Part shown: piece after piece, positions 38,291-50,447 of the stretch
How the letters are laid out: every line of letters starts with the position of its first letter
How positions within the stretch are numbered: position 1 is the first letter of the stretch
Assembly: GCF_018350175.1 (NCBI RefSeq)
Contig: NC_058382.1
Span: forward strand, 49,726,001 to 49,790,000
Direction: 5' to 3'
Length of the DNA: 64,000 bases
DNA from: Felis catus
Taxonomy: Eukaryota
The notes under the pieces: model-generated
The model's input: only the letters and a program-made list of their open reading frames with translations
What the model was told of the DNA's origin: nothing
Database searches by the model: none
Made by a program: the position numbers and the translations under genes

Positions 38291-39021
38291 TTGAATGTCT
38301 ATTTTTAACATAAACTGTTCTAAATGCTGCTGATATAAAGGTAAGTAAACAAAGCAGACTGGCTTCCATGTCTTGGGGCTTATGACTTCGTTATACAAAT
38401 ATGGCCCTGTTCACCGTAATACCCAACACTACCCAACCACAGCAATGAACACTTATGTAGGTGAAATTCTGGGTTTAATTCAGATTCAGGTCCCCGTAAA
38501 TGCCTCCTAGAATGATGACCGCTTTCAGTGTTACAGTTTGCTGTTTTAGGACAAGAGGTCCAACAGGAACTATAATTCTCATTTCAAAACAGAATGTAGA
38601 TCTGATGTCACAAAAACTTAGAAAGGAATATCTGAAAAGCTAAAAGAATGAAAAAACTTTTACAACACACAATGGAATGCCAAGGCACCTGTACCCTCCC
38701 TAAATACACTGTAGAAAATAACTGAACACACAGACGTGTTCTCTTCTTGTCTGGTTTCTTTCTAAATTTCTCATGCCTGTTTCTTTTTTGGTTCCCTTGG
38801 TTTCCTTGTATTTGTTTTCAAAAGTTCTGTTATTTCTTTGCCCTCTTCCTTCTCCTACTCCACGGTGTATAGCTATGGCATGGGATGGAAGCCTGGCCTA
38901 AGAAAAACAGTAAAAGAGCCTGCCTTGACCAGTAATTCCCATACCTTCAGGAAACTGTAAAATGAAGAAAGCTCAGAAAAACCCAAGTGTCCAATGAAGT
39001 TGCTCTTTCCCAGAGGTGCTT

Positions 39022-39206
39022 TTTTATTTTGTTTTTTATTTGAGAGAGAGACAGAAGGAGGGAGAGGGAGAAAGGGAGAGAATCTTAAGTAGGCTCCATG
39101 CTCAGTGCAGAGTCCAATGCGGGGCTTGATCCCACAACCCTGGTATCATGACCTGGGCTGAAATCAAGAGTCGGACGCTCAGCTGACTGAGCCACTCAGG
39201 CGCTCC
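39022..39206 (-). mobile_element. Can-SINE
   Basis: TSD gaggtgctt. Confidence 0.92.
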
Positions 39207-39342
39207 ACGGAGGTGCTTCTACTGGTATCAAACACTTGCATGTTCCTACAGTGTACGACCTATACAAATTAGCTGATGACAGCCACACAGGACAGTCCTG
39301 GGTCCCAAGTGTCTTGTCTTGTTGCTACTTGTCTGCCCTATA

Positions 39343-39508
39343 GCCGACTCCTGATTTCGATTCAGGTCATTATCTCATGGATCGTGAGTTCGGACCCCAA
39401 GGTGGGCTCTGCACTGACAAAGCAGAACCTGCTTGGGATTCTCTCATGCCTCTCCCTCTGCCTCTCCCCCACTCTTGCTCGCTCTCTCAAAATCAATAAA
39501 CTTAAAAA
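39343..39508 (+). mobile_element. 5'-truncated Can-SINE
   Basis: Body and tail present, head missing. Confidence 0.85.
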
Positions 39509-40134
39509 GCAGCAGCAGCAGGGAATCTACTGTGTGAGTCAAGTTACAGTGGCGACACTGCAAACAGAAAGCATCTTCATGGCTTGAAGAGACAGAATAC
39601 TGAGTTTGGCCGTCAGAACAGCTGGAAAAGGAGGGGGTAAGTCCCAACTCAATTAAGAAGATACACAATCCATAACCTGATTCAAAAATAGGCAAAAAAA
39701 ATTTTTAAGACATTTCATCAACGATGATACACAAAGGGTTGGTAAAACACACAAAAAGATGCTCAAAATCATTAGTCATTTGGAAAATGTAAATTAAATA
39801 CAATGAGGTATCATTACACGCCCACTAGATCAAAGAGAGTTACAATACCAGGTGTTGGTAAAAAGTGAAGAAACAGGAATCCTCTTACACACTGACAGTG
39901 GGGATGTAAAATGGTACAGTGTCTTTGGAAAACAATTCTGTAATTTCTTTAAACAAATTTACCATACTACCCAGCAATTATATTCCTATCAACCCAAAAG
40001 AAATGACAGGCCGTGTCCACACAAAGACTTGTAACACAAATGTTCACTGCAGCATTATTCATAATAATCAAAAAGTGGATATGATCCAAATGAAGAGAAA
40101 CAAAATGTTGTTATCCATAGAAAAGGACATTATT

Positions 40135-40566
40135 GGGGCGCCTGGGAGGTTCAGTCGGTTAAGCATCTCTTGATTTTGGCTCAGATCATGATCTCACAGT
40201 CTGTGAGCTTGAGCCCTGCATCAGGCTCCACACTGATAGCACAGAGCCTGCTTGGGACTCTGTCTCCCTCTCTCTGCCCCTCCCCTGCTTGCTCTCTGTC
40301 TCTCAAAATAAATAAACGTTAAAAATTTTTTTAAAAAGAACATTATTGGGGCGCCTGGGTGGCGCAGTCGGTTGAGCGTCCGACTTCAGCCAGGTCACGA
40401 TCTCTCGGTCCGTGAGTTCGAGCCCCGCGTCGGGCTCTGGGCTGATGGCTCAGAGCCTGGAGCCTGTTTCCGATTCTGTGTCTCCCTCTCTCTCTCTGCC
40501 CCTCCCCCGTTCATGCTCTGTCTCTCTCTGTCCGAAAAATAAATAAACGTTGAAAAAAAAAATTTT
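40135..40566 (+). mobile_element. Two tandem Can-SINEs (40135-40333, 40348-40566)
   Basis: Three copies of target aaaag(g/a)acattatt. Confidence 0.95.
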
Positions 40567-40732
40567 AAAAGAACATTATTTGGTTATAAAAAGAATGAAC
40601 TACTGATATATCCTACAGCATAACTTCCAAAACAAGATACGAAGTAAAAGAAGAAAGACGTTAAAAGACTATACTAAAGATGTGATAAGACATTTCCTTT
40701 AGTACAGGAAATTTCCAGAAAAGGCAAATCTT

Positions 40733-40945
40733 GGGGCTCCTGGGTGGCTCAGTCGGTTAAGCATCCGACTTCAGCTCAGGTCATGATTTCATGGTTTGCA
40801 AGTTCAAGCCCCACATTGGGCTCTTTGCTGTCAGCGTGGAGCGCACTTCGGATCCTCTGTCTCCCTCTCTCTCTCTGCCTCTCCCTCGCTGGCACTTTCC
40901 TCAAAAATAAACATTTAAAAAATGGTTTTTAAAAAAAGGAAAAAG
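40733..40945 (+). mobile_element. Can-SINE
   Basis: TSD gaaaag(g/a)caaatct. Confidence 0.93.
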
Positions 40946-41243
40946 AAAAGACAAATCTACAGAGACAGACAGCAGACCAGTGTTGCCCAGGATTAAAGTG
41001 GGAGCAGGAAATGACTATAAACGGGCAAGAGGGAGCTTTTTAGGAGATGAACATGTTCTCTAAAACCAAATCATGCATGATGAAGGTTACAACTCTAAAA
41101 ACTTTACTAAAAACCATTAAACTATATACTTATATTGGGTGAATCTTATGGTACAATAAAAAAATTTGTTTAAAAAAACAAAAATTGCTAGGAGGAAGGG
41201 GTAGGGTAGAGGAAACAAATGAGACTTCAAAAACTCACCAGTC

Positions 41244-41457
41244 AGTGTGCCTGGGTGGCTCAGCTGATATATCCTACAGCATAACTTCAGCTCAGGTCAG
41301 GATCTCACTATTTCCAAGTTTGAGCCCTGCTCTGGCTCTATGCTGACAGCTCAGAGCCTGGAGCCTATTTTGGATTCTGTGTCTCCTCTCGGCCCCTCCC
41401 CTGCTTGCACTATGCCTCTCTCGCTCTCAAAAATAAACAATCATTAAAAAAATTTTA
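41244..41457 (+). mobile_element. Can-SINE carrying a 25-bp foreign patch
   Basis: TSD aaaaactca(c/t)cagtca. Confidence 0.92.
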
Positions 41458-42686
41458 AAAACTCATCAGTCAAATTTAATATGTGGACCTATTTGCCCCC
41501 TGGTTCAAGCAAATGAGCTGTTAAAAAGAAATCCTTATGATACAATTAAGGAAATATGCACACTAAATGAATACTTGAAGACATAAGGGACTGTTGTTAT
41601 TTTTCAGATGTAGTAATGGTAATTTTGTCTAAAACAATACTTACTTTTTAGAGATACATAGTGAAATATTTACTGATAAAATTTTATGGTGTTAATCTTC
41701 TGCTTCAAAACACTCCGTTGGGAGTTTCAGTGAATGTTTGGGGTGGGTCACGGATCACACAGATGAGGCCTGAAGCTAGGTGATGTGTATATGAAGATGC
41801 ATACACTTATTTTTCTCCATTCTCTGGAATTTTCCATAGTAAAAAAAATAAAAAGGGGATAATATCTACCTCATAGATTCAATTTGACAATACATACGAA
41901 GGGCTTACCATAAAATATGATTGGCAAAATGTTGGTAACTGGTGCAAGTCTGATGCTGGGTACAGGGATTCATTCATTATACTTCCCTCTTCATTTATGT
42001 TTGAAGTTTTCCATAATAATTTTTTTTTTTTAAGGAGCCTGAGGTCTAGATGTTTCATTAATGGCATCAGCACTTTCATTTTTTCCTTTCTCAGTAACTT
42101 AAATAAAGTAAGAGTAAAATGCAATAAAACATTCCAGTACTTGCACAATCATGTCTTGCTTTACAAAGATCAAGCAAGCCATACACAGCTAATGGATCAA
42201 ATTTAAGGTTTGAAAAATAAGAAAAAATTACGTATATTATAGATAAATACGAGCCGCACAAAAATCAAAAGTAAATATAGTCCTCCTTTATCATATTTAA
42301 AGGTAAAATGAGACTGATTTCCTTAGGCATAAATTTTTTTAATTCGGGGAATAATAATGACGCTGATGACGATGATGAAAGAAGCTTAAGGCACTTATTG
42401 CTCTATAGAAGGCTAGCACATGTGGCTACTGCTTTACTCTATACATTTAAACTCCTGGCTTTGCGGTGAGTAGTCTATTATTGTGCAATAATCTAAGCAC
42501 AGACTATTTAGAGACATATGTCCCCACACTTGTTTCCTCTGATGAAACTGGAAAAGCAATGACTGCAAATCTGTCGGCCAGACACAAAGGGGATTAGGAG
42601 AGGGGAAAACAATCAGACTGTTCTCTACGCTAAGGCAATCTATTCTCTACTATGCAGAGTCTCAAGAATTGGTTAAGGAGCCAGAT

Positions 42687-42935
42687 CAGAGTTTCCAAAC
42701 TGGTCTACTTTTGTTTGACCCACACATATCGCTTCTAGGCATTTAGGCTAAGATCAAGTGTTGTTTGACCCACACATCGTCTTTTGTAAAATAGAAAAAC
42801 AAATACACACACAGATTCACATAAAAATCTGGACCTCCAACATCTCTTGAAAAACTAGTTAAAAAAAAAAAAATCTGGTAACGTTCCATGTGGCAACAAC
42901 TAACTGGTAGATACTGGAATTTGGGCCCCCTGTCC
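42687..42935. mobile_element. MER58-like hAT relic hosting the U2 fragment
   Basis: 'cagagtttccaaactgg', 'aaaatctggacctccaacatctcttgaaaaa'. Confidence 0.55.
42728..42760 (+). pseudogene. RNU2: 3'-truncated, tailless U2 snRNA retropseudogene
   Basis: atcgcttctaggcatttaggctaagatcaagtg matches U2 nt 1-33 (ATCGCTTCTCGGCCTTTTGGCTAAGATCAAGTG) with 3 mismatches; perfect 17-bp TSD ttgtttgacccacacat. Confidence 0.93.
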
Positions 42936-43069
42936 AGGACTGATATAAAGACAGACACAGACATGATGTTCCCTGTCCTTATGTCAATCAGGTAAAATTA
43001 ATCCAACTAAAATGAATGAGGTGGTGGTGGTGGTGTGTGTGAATCAGAGTCTCCTCTTTAAAAGTCTGA

Positions 43070-43255
43070 TTTTTTTTTTAATGTTTATTTTTGAGAAAGA
43101 GTGCCAGCAGGGGAGGGGCAGAGAGAGGGACAGGGAATCTGAAGCAGGCTCTGGGCTGATAGCATCGAGCCCGATGTGGGGCTTGAACCCACGAACCGTG
43201 AGATCGTGACCCAAGCCAAAGTCGGACACAACCAAGTGAGCCACCCAGGTGCCCC
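43070..43255 (-). mobile_element. Can-SINE
   Basis: Reverse SINE. Confidence 0.92.
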
Positions 43256-43272
43256 AAAAGTTTGCTTAAAAA

Positions 43273-43370
43273 AATTTTTTTAAGTATAATCTACTCCCCA
43301 AAGTGGGGCTCAAACTCACAACACTAAGACCAAGAGTCACGTGCCCTACTGAGCCAGCCAGGCATCCCCC
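43273..43370 (-). mobile_element. Short Can-SINE
   Basis: 'aatctactcccc...gagccagccaggcatccc'. Confidence 0.83.
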
Positions 43371-43777
43371 TCTTAAAATTTTTTAAAAATTTCTCTTTAG
43401 TGCTATATATTCTGAACCTCAAACATGGTCCGTCTTATATTTTGAGAGGCTTCATATATTATACATACTTTTAATATAAAGGTTATTATCAAGCATTTCA
43501 TTAATATTCCTTAGGAGCCTTTAATTGGCACTAGGCTGATAACAAACAGTCCATAAATCTTACTAGACAAAATTAAAGATCAATTTGCAGAAATCAACTC
43601 ATTTGCAAAAGGACCTCTCCACGATGAAATTCAAGATGGGACCTGCCTTAGTTTATGTGTTTATTTATCAAATATGTCCTATATATAAGCATGTACTGTG
43701 CAAGTACAGAAAAAGGCAAATTTTACAACTGTAAAAAACAAATAGCTAAATATTCACACGGGCGTCACCGCAGGCTG

Positions 43778-43975
43778 AAGATTTTTCAACGTAGGCACCG
43801 AGATCTCAAACTGGACAATTCTTTCTTGTGAAGAGCTGTCCTGGATAACACCACAGGATGTTTAGCAGCAGCCCGGGCTTCTAACCACTGGATGCCAGTA
43901 GTATTCTCCCCTGTCCCCAGCCCAGGGTAGGACAGCCACAAGTGCCTGCAGACACTGCCAAAGGTTTCCTGGGAC
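43778..43975 (-). mobile_element. MER20-like element
   Basis: 'tttttcaac...acaggatgtttagcagca...actggatgccagtag...cagacactgccaaa'. Confidence 0.75.
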
Positions 43976-44359
43976 AGGCTACAAGTTAAGATATTTTACT
44001 TCAACGGTGCCAGCAGAAATATATACAACTTCCTAATTAGTGATCTCTCTTTCTGTGTATGTGTAGGTATACATAACTGTAAATGATCAAACACTGGCTA
44101 ATTAATGATACCTTAAATAAATGAAATTGAGAACTTAAAAAACAGTGATACCAAAGCAAACTAAGAAGCTTAAAGATTTCCACAAACTCAAATGAATTTT
44201 TTTATGGCGAATATCTTCATAAATCCTACAGTTAAGCTTCTTCTGTAGTTGAGAAGTTCTTATTCTGCTAATTCAGGCTGTTTTCTGAATACATGTTTCT
44301 ATATTCCAACATATAAAAACACTAATATAGCCTAACATTCACGGAAAGAACCTATTTCT

Positions 44360-45052
44360 TTTTTTTTATTAAAAGAAATTTTCGGGGCGCCTGGGTGGCT
44401 CAGTTGGTTGGGCGTCCGACTTCAGCTCAGGTCACAATCTTGTGGTCCATGAGTTCGGGCCCCGCATTGGGCTCTGTGCTGACAGCTCAGAGCCTGGAGC
44501 CTGCTTCCGATTCTGTGTCTCCCTCTCTCTGACCCTCCCCCACTCACACTCTGTCTCACCCTCTTTCTCAAAAATGAATAAACATTAAAAAAAATTAGGG
44601 GCGCCTGGGTGGCGCAGTCGGTTAAGCGTCCGACTTCAGCCAGGTCATGATCTCGCGGTCCGTGAGTTCGAGCCCCGCGTCGGGCTCTGGGCTGATGGCT
44701 CGGAGCCTGGAGCCTGTTTCCGATTCTGTGTCTCCCTCTCTCTCTGCCCCTCCCCTGTTCATGCTCTGTCTCTCTCTGTCCCAAAAATAAATAAAAACTT
44801 TGGAAAAAAAAATTAAAAATTTTGTAAAATTAAATTTTTTTGTAAAAATTAAAAATTTTTTAATGTTTATTCATTTTTGAGAGAGAGAGAGAGACACCAT
44901 GAGCAGGGGAGGGGCAGAGAGAGAGGGAGACACAGAATCGGAAGTAGGCTCCACGCTCTCAGAGCCTGACATGGGGCTTGAACTCACGAACCCTGAGATC
45001 ATGACCTGAACTGAAGTTGGACACTTCAGTGACTGAGCCACCCAGGTGCCCC
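44360..45052. mobile_element. Three-SINE composite: + 44384-44596, + 44598-44815, - 44855-45052
   Basis: Outer TSD aagaacctatttct (44346-44359 / 45056-45069). Confidence 0.93.
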
Positions 45053-45104
45053 AGGAAGAACCTATTTCTAAGACTCGCCTCAGATATTCCCTTCCTTCCT
45101 TCCC

Positions 45105-45334
45105 TTCTTTATTTTTATTTTTTTATTTTTTAGTGTTTATTCATTTTTTGAGAGACAGAGAGAGAGCACAAGCTGGGGAGAGGCAGAGACGGAAGGAGAC
45201 ACAAAATCTGAAGCAGGCTCCAGGCTCTAGCTGTCAGCACAAAGCCAGACTCGGGGCTTGAACTCACAAACTGTGTGAGATCATGACCTGAGCCGAAGTC
45301 AACCACTTTAACCAAGTGAGCCACCCAGGCACCC
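45105..45334 (-). mobile_element. Can-SINE
   Basis: Reverse SINE. Confidence 0.92.
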
Positions 45335-45594
45335 CAGATGTCTCTTTATACATTAAGATGAGCAGAGAAAAGTCAGTGAAACTTCAGCCAGAGAGCATTC
45401 TCTTCTAATTTAAATATTTCACTTAGAAGAAGGAAGGTAAATATTGAATAAACCTATGTAGGTTTTTTCATCAGTTTTAAGTTTCATCTATTTAACTCTG
45501 CTTCTGATTTTCCTGATCATGTTACAATTTCTTTGTCCAAATATTAACTAGTAAGTGAACCTTTTTATTTGAGAAGGGGTAAAAGGGATCAAGA

Positions 45595-45760
45595 ACTAAT
45601 TTTTATTGAGCCCTTCTGTGCCAGCAAGGGTATCAAGACACTTGATCTCATATCATTCTCAAAACAGCTCATAGGTAGGAATTACAATCTTCATTCTACA
45701 GCTTAAAGAATTCTGTGAAACTAGGGTTTGAACCAAGCAGGACTGCCCAAGTCAAAAGCA
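45595..45760 (-). mobile_element. MIR fragment
   Basis: 'tttattgagcccttctgtgccag...cttcattctacag...ctagggtttgaacc'. Confidence 0.65.
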
Positions 45761-46553
45761 CATATAATTATACTCTACCTACTTCCAAAGAAGGAGCCAA
45801 GAATAACATTAATGACAGCATTCTCTTCCCTTTACTGTAAAATATACCAGAGGCTCAAAGTAATAGTTACAAGAAGGGTCTTAACCTGAAGAGTTTGACG
45901 AAGAACTAAGAACCTCCAAATAAAAATAAGTTAACACAATCTAGTGGTAACAAAATTCAGATGCATAAGGTTTTCATATCTGTTCACAAATAATAACATC
46001 GGGCAGCAGGAACACAACCACAATTTCAAGACTCTAGCTGGGAGCGCTGAGTCAATAAAATGTCAACTTCTGTCAAAGAATCTAGATCAGTGGAACTTTC
46101 CAGTTCTTTAAGAAAGTAATATATAGATGCCTGCAAAAACGGCTCCAGAATCCAAACAGAACTAGCAATGTTTAAAAACTCAAGACCAGGATCAGAGCAT
46201 CAATATCTTCATGAAAGAATCAAGAGAAAACCTAAGAGAGGTACTCTACTTATGCCTTAACTCAGGCTAAGGTCTGGAAGTCAGTCTACTTTTTCCACTG
46301 CTTGCGAAGTTCCCTCAACTTTTTCTTCCAGGTTTTGTTTCATGAAGAAAAATAAACCGCCGCTCGTTTACACAAGAGAGCGCTAACTTTTCTTCCTGGC
46401 ACCCATCTCCCAGGTATTTAAAAGCGCGCGCACACACACACATTTGAATGCTTGGTTGAATCCTAAATAAGCTAGAACACAGGTGTCAGGGAGAAGAAAA
46501 TAAAAGCCTCGCCAAGGAAACATTTTAGTTCCAAAATTCTAAAGGCAAATGCT

Positions 46554-46745
46554 GGGACTCCTGGGTGGCTCAGCTGGTTCATCCTACTCTTGATGTTGGC
46601 TCAGGTCATGATCTCATGAAGATGGAACCCTGAGTCGGGCACGTGACAGCACAAAGCGTGCTTGGGATTCTCTCTGCCCTTCCCCCTCTCACACACACGC
46701 TTCTTGCTATCAAAATAAATAAAACTAAAAAAAATTACAAAAAAT
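46554..46745 (+). mobile_element. Can-SINE
   Basis: TSD aaaggcaaat(t)gct. Confidence 0.9.
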
Positions 46746-47326
46746 AAAGGCAAATTGCTAAGTGAAAGGGAAAATTAATTTCATCAAGTGTTAAGATGAA
46801 AAAGTTCATGATCCTGTTGTCTTAAAGGCATTCCCAGGCACAGAATTAGATCACAGTCTTAATTCTCAGTTTAGGAACCGAAACAACCCTGGCCTGGGGA
46901 TAAAACAGTGACGATGTGCTTGACACCTCTGCCGGACAGCTGCTCCCATCTGTCTACTTTCTCCCTGCCTCTGAAAACTACTCCAAGGTCTGGATTTATC
47001 AGTTCCATGTGCTAATTGAAAAGGAGGCATATTTCCCAGGCCACATTTATGGAAATAAAATGATGACTCATTTCACCACTCACAAACAGATGTTAAATTG
47101 ACCAAAGTATATTTAAATAATCTCATCTCATTCATTCTTGCTAATGCTTACAGATTCGTTCTTTCCAGGGTCTTTCTTCCCACAAAATGACTGCTCACAT
47201 AATGTTTTATAAATACTAGGAAAGTCGTTTTGCATTATGGAAAAAAAAAAAAAAAAGAATTGGCGAAGAAGGAAGCTTTTCGCAAGAATTTTCACATAGC
47301 AGGCATTAAAAACTCCCCCAAGCTGA

Positions 47327-47537
47327 GGGGCGCCTGGATGGCTCAGTCGGTTGAAGTATCCAACTCTTAATTCCTACTCAGGTCATCATCTCGGTGTGAT
47401 ATAGAGCCCGGTGTAGGGCTCTGCACTGACAGCAGAGAGGCTGCTTGGGATTTTCTCTCCTCTCTCTCGGCCCCTCCCCATCTCACACGTGCTCTCTCTC
47501 TCAAAAAAACAAACAAAAAAAAAACATTAAAAAAAGA
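47327..47537 (+). mobile_element. Can-SINE
   Basis: TSD ctcccc(c/t)aagctga. Confidence 0.92.
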
Positions 47538-48159
47538 AAACCTCCCCTAAGCTGAGACACAGAAACCTGGGTTCTTTGCCTTCGTGACCCTCTCTATCCT
47601 GCCTAAACTCACTGAACATAAGAGGGGCACAGTTTGAACTCAAGTGGGAGAAATACACTATATTGTATTTGCCCTCCTTAAGACTGTTCTGATTATAGCT
47701 AGGAAGCCATTCTGTCCTTTATAAGGGAAACCTTGACTTCCTCTATACAATTCACCCATCCTAGCAGTAAAAACCATTTCTATTTGAGAAGAAATTTCTA
47801 ATATGGGTTTTCCTGCCTTTCTAAATATGAAGCTGTCTCTACAAACACACTGTTTATCAGAGAGCAAAATGGCAGATAAGCTGAATGTCTTTTATGGGAA
47901 AATGGCTCTTTATAAGTTATAGAACACTAAAAAGATAACACTGTGCACCCATTAATAAGAATATCAGATAAATTTACATGCACTAACATGAAACGTATTA
48001 GTGTATGTATTTTGCATTTTTAAGCAAAAATGACAAATTTCAGGAAAGTAGGCTTAGATGATACTATTATATAAATGAAAGCAATTTTATGTGTGAAAAG
48101 AAATTCCATACACAGATACATATACACAGATACTAAAAGCTTAGGGAAAGATCTAGAAT

Positions 48160-48485
48160 AGAGCTGTCCAACTGAAATATAATGAGAGCCATATACAGAA
48201 TGTGAAACTTTATAGAAAGCACATTAAAAAATGCAAAGGTAAAATGAATTTTAATCATTGATTCCACTTAACCAGTATGTTAAAGGTGTTACCATTTCAA
48301 AAGAGTAACTGATATAAATATTATTGAGATGGTTTGGTTATGTTTTTCTTACAAAGTCTTGAAAACTTAGTGTGTATTTTACATTTATAACATACCTGAA
48401 TTTGGACTAGCCACATTTCAGGTGCCCAACAGCACTGATTGTATACGGGTACTCAAGACTGACTGCTGTACGAGACAGAGGCGGC
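48160..48485. mobile_element. MER33/MER3-like hAT element
   Basis: 'gagctgtccaactgaaatataatgagagcc...aatttggactagccacatttcaggtg'. Confidence 0.75.
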
Positions 48486-48719
48486 CTAGAAAAAGAAATG
48501 TCAAACTACTAACTTTTATTTCATCTTCTACATCTTTTAGTATTGTTTGAATTTCTCCAATAGCCAGGTATTACTTTTATGACACTTTTAAAAAACCTAA
48601 AATGCATCCCTATATAAAAATCCAAGACAGCAAAAACCTCAACTTTAGCCCTGAACCATAAACTTTCTTAAAAAAAAAAAGAAAAGAAAAAAGAGAGAGA
48701 AAGAGAAATCTCAACCTTA

Positions 48720-49925
48720 CGACAGGCAGATTTCTTAGGAAACAAAAAAGTACTAACCATAAAAGGAAAAAACAGATAAACTGAACTTCATCAAAATTTT
48801 AAATTTACGTTCATCAATACACACCAGAAGCAAGACACAGACCAGGAAAAATACTCAGTAACATTTATAACCGACAAAGTACCCATTATCCACAATACAT
48901 AAAGGACTTCTACAAATCAACAATAGACTGAGGAACAACCCAATACAAAACAAGAATGGAAGAGACATTTCACAAAAGAACAGATACAAATGGCCAATAA
49001 GCACACGAAAAGATGTCATCATTATTAATTAGAGCAACACAATTTAAAACCATAAGAGAGGGGCACCTGGATGGCTCAGTCAGTTGGGCATCTGACTCTT
49101 GATTTTGGCTCAGGTCATGATCTCATGGTTCGTGAGTTGGAGCCCCACGTCTACAGTGCAGAGCCTGCGAGGGATTCTCTCTCCCTCGCTCTTTGCCCAT
49201 GCCCAGCTCACACACACGCATCTCTCTCACTCAAAATAAATAAATGAATATTAAAAAAAAATAAAACCTCAACAGATAGCATTTCACATCCACTAAAATA
49301 AAAAAGACAGATAACACCAAATGTGGGCAAGGAAATGGACCAAGTGAAACCCTCATACACTGCTGGCAGAAACATAAAATGGCACAATCATTCAGAAGAA
49401 CTGTTTGGCAGTTTGTTATAACATTAAATGCACATCTACCCTGTGCCCTAGAAATCCCATTCCTAGGTACTTGCTTACCCAAGGGAAATAAAAACATAGG
49501 TCTTCAAAATTAAAACAAACAAACAAAAACAAAAAAAACAAAAAAAACCCGGAAACCCAAATGCCCATCAATAGGATGGCTGGATAAATTGGTATATTCT
49601 TATAGAAAGGAAATTAAAAAAATGAACTACTGACAGACACAGCAACACAGATGACTCTCAAAAACAATGTAATAAATAAAAGAAGCCAGGCACAAAAGAG
49701 TTACACAATGTATGATTTGATTTACATGAAGTTCTGGTACAGGCAAAACTAATCCATCATAATAAAAATGAGTAGTTGCCTGAAGCAAAGGGTGTTGAGG
49801 AAGTGGGAGAAGAGAACCAACTGGAAAGAGAAATGAGGGAACGTTCTGGGGTGATGGAATCATACTAGATCTTATTTTGGGTGGTGGCTACGTGGATGTA
49901 TAAAATTGACTGAATTGAACACTGA
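48720..49925 (+). mobile_element. L1M 3' region with SINE (about 49060-49262, +)
   Basis: ORF2 C-terminal motifs ('agacatttcacaaaaga', 'ggccaataagcac') and 3'UTR. Confidence 0.85.
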
Positions 49926-50291
49926 AGGCTCCTAAGACTAAGCTATCTCCTGCCATGAAGGTCAAATGCTATGGGGAACTCACAGGCACTAGTTAACGGA
50001 TGCCATCAGATACATCTTGTGAACAAAGATTGAGAAAATATTAAAGCCTGGAATATGGAGAACTGTCATTAAATTGCTCTCCCTCATTCTTCTACCACTA
50101 TACTGATGTGAGTCACCACAAATCTCAACGTACTTTCCTGTAGTTTGTAATTTATAAATGAGATGAAAGCATACTAATCACAACTAAAACGGTATCTTTA
50201 CCTCTCTGAAACTTTGCTTTATTTGTATCTCACCCCTTTCTTGAATATTTTCAATGAATGTCCATTTAACAAGTCATCTAGCTGAAATTAC

Positions 50292-50447
50292 AAGAAAGAA
50301 AGCAAGATAGGAAGGGAGGAAGGAAAGAAGGGAAGGAAGGGAAGGAAGGGAAGGAAGAAAAGAAGAAAAGAAAAGAAAAGAAAAGAAAAGAAAAGAAAAG
50401 AAAAGAAAAGAAAAGAAAAGAAAAGAAAAGAAAAGAAAAGAAAGGAA
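50292..50447 (+). repeat. (GGAA)n(GAAAA)n compound microsatellite
   Basis: Read directly. Confidence 0.95.

Larger units (their letters stand above)
39645..41180 (+). mobile_element. L1M 3' end hosting three SINEs
   Basis: 'agacatttcatca', 'aaatggtacag', 'aagaatgaactactgata', 3'UTR. Confidence 0.85.

Noticed and set aside
38510..38606. ATGATGA...CTGA pair resembling a box C/D snoRNA
   Set aside because: No terminal stem and no recognisable rRNA or snRNA guide; similar chance pairs occur elsewhere (about 59227).
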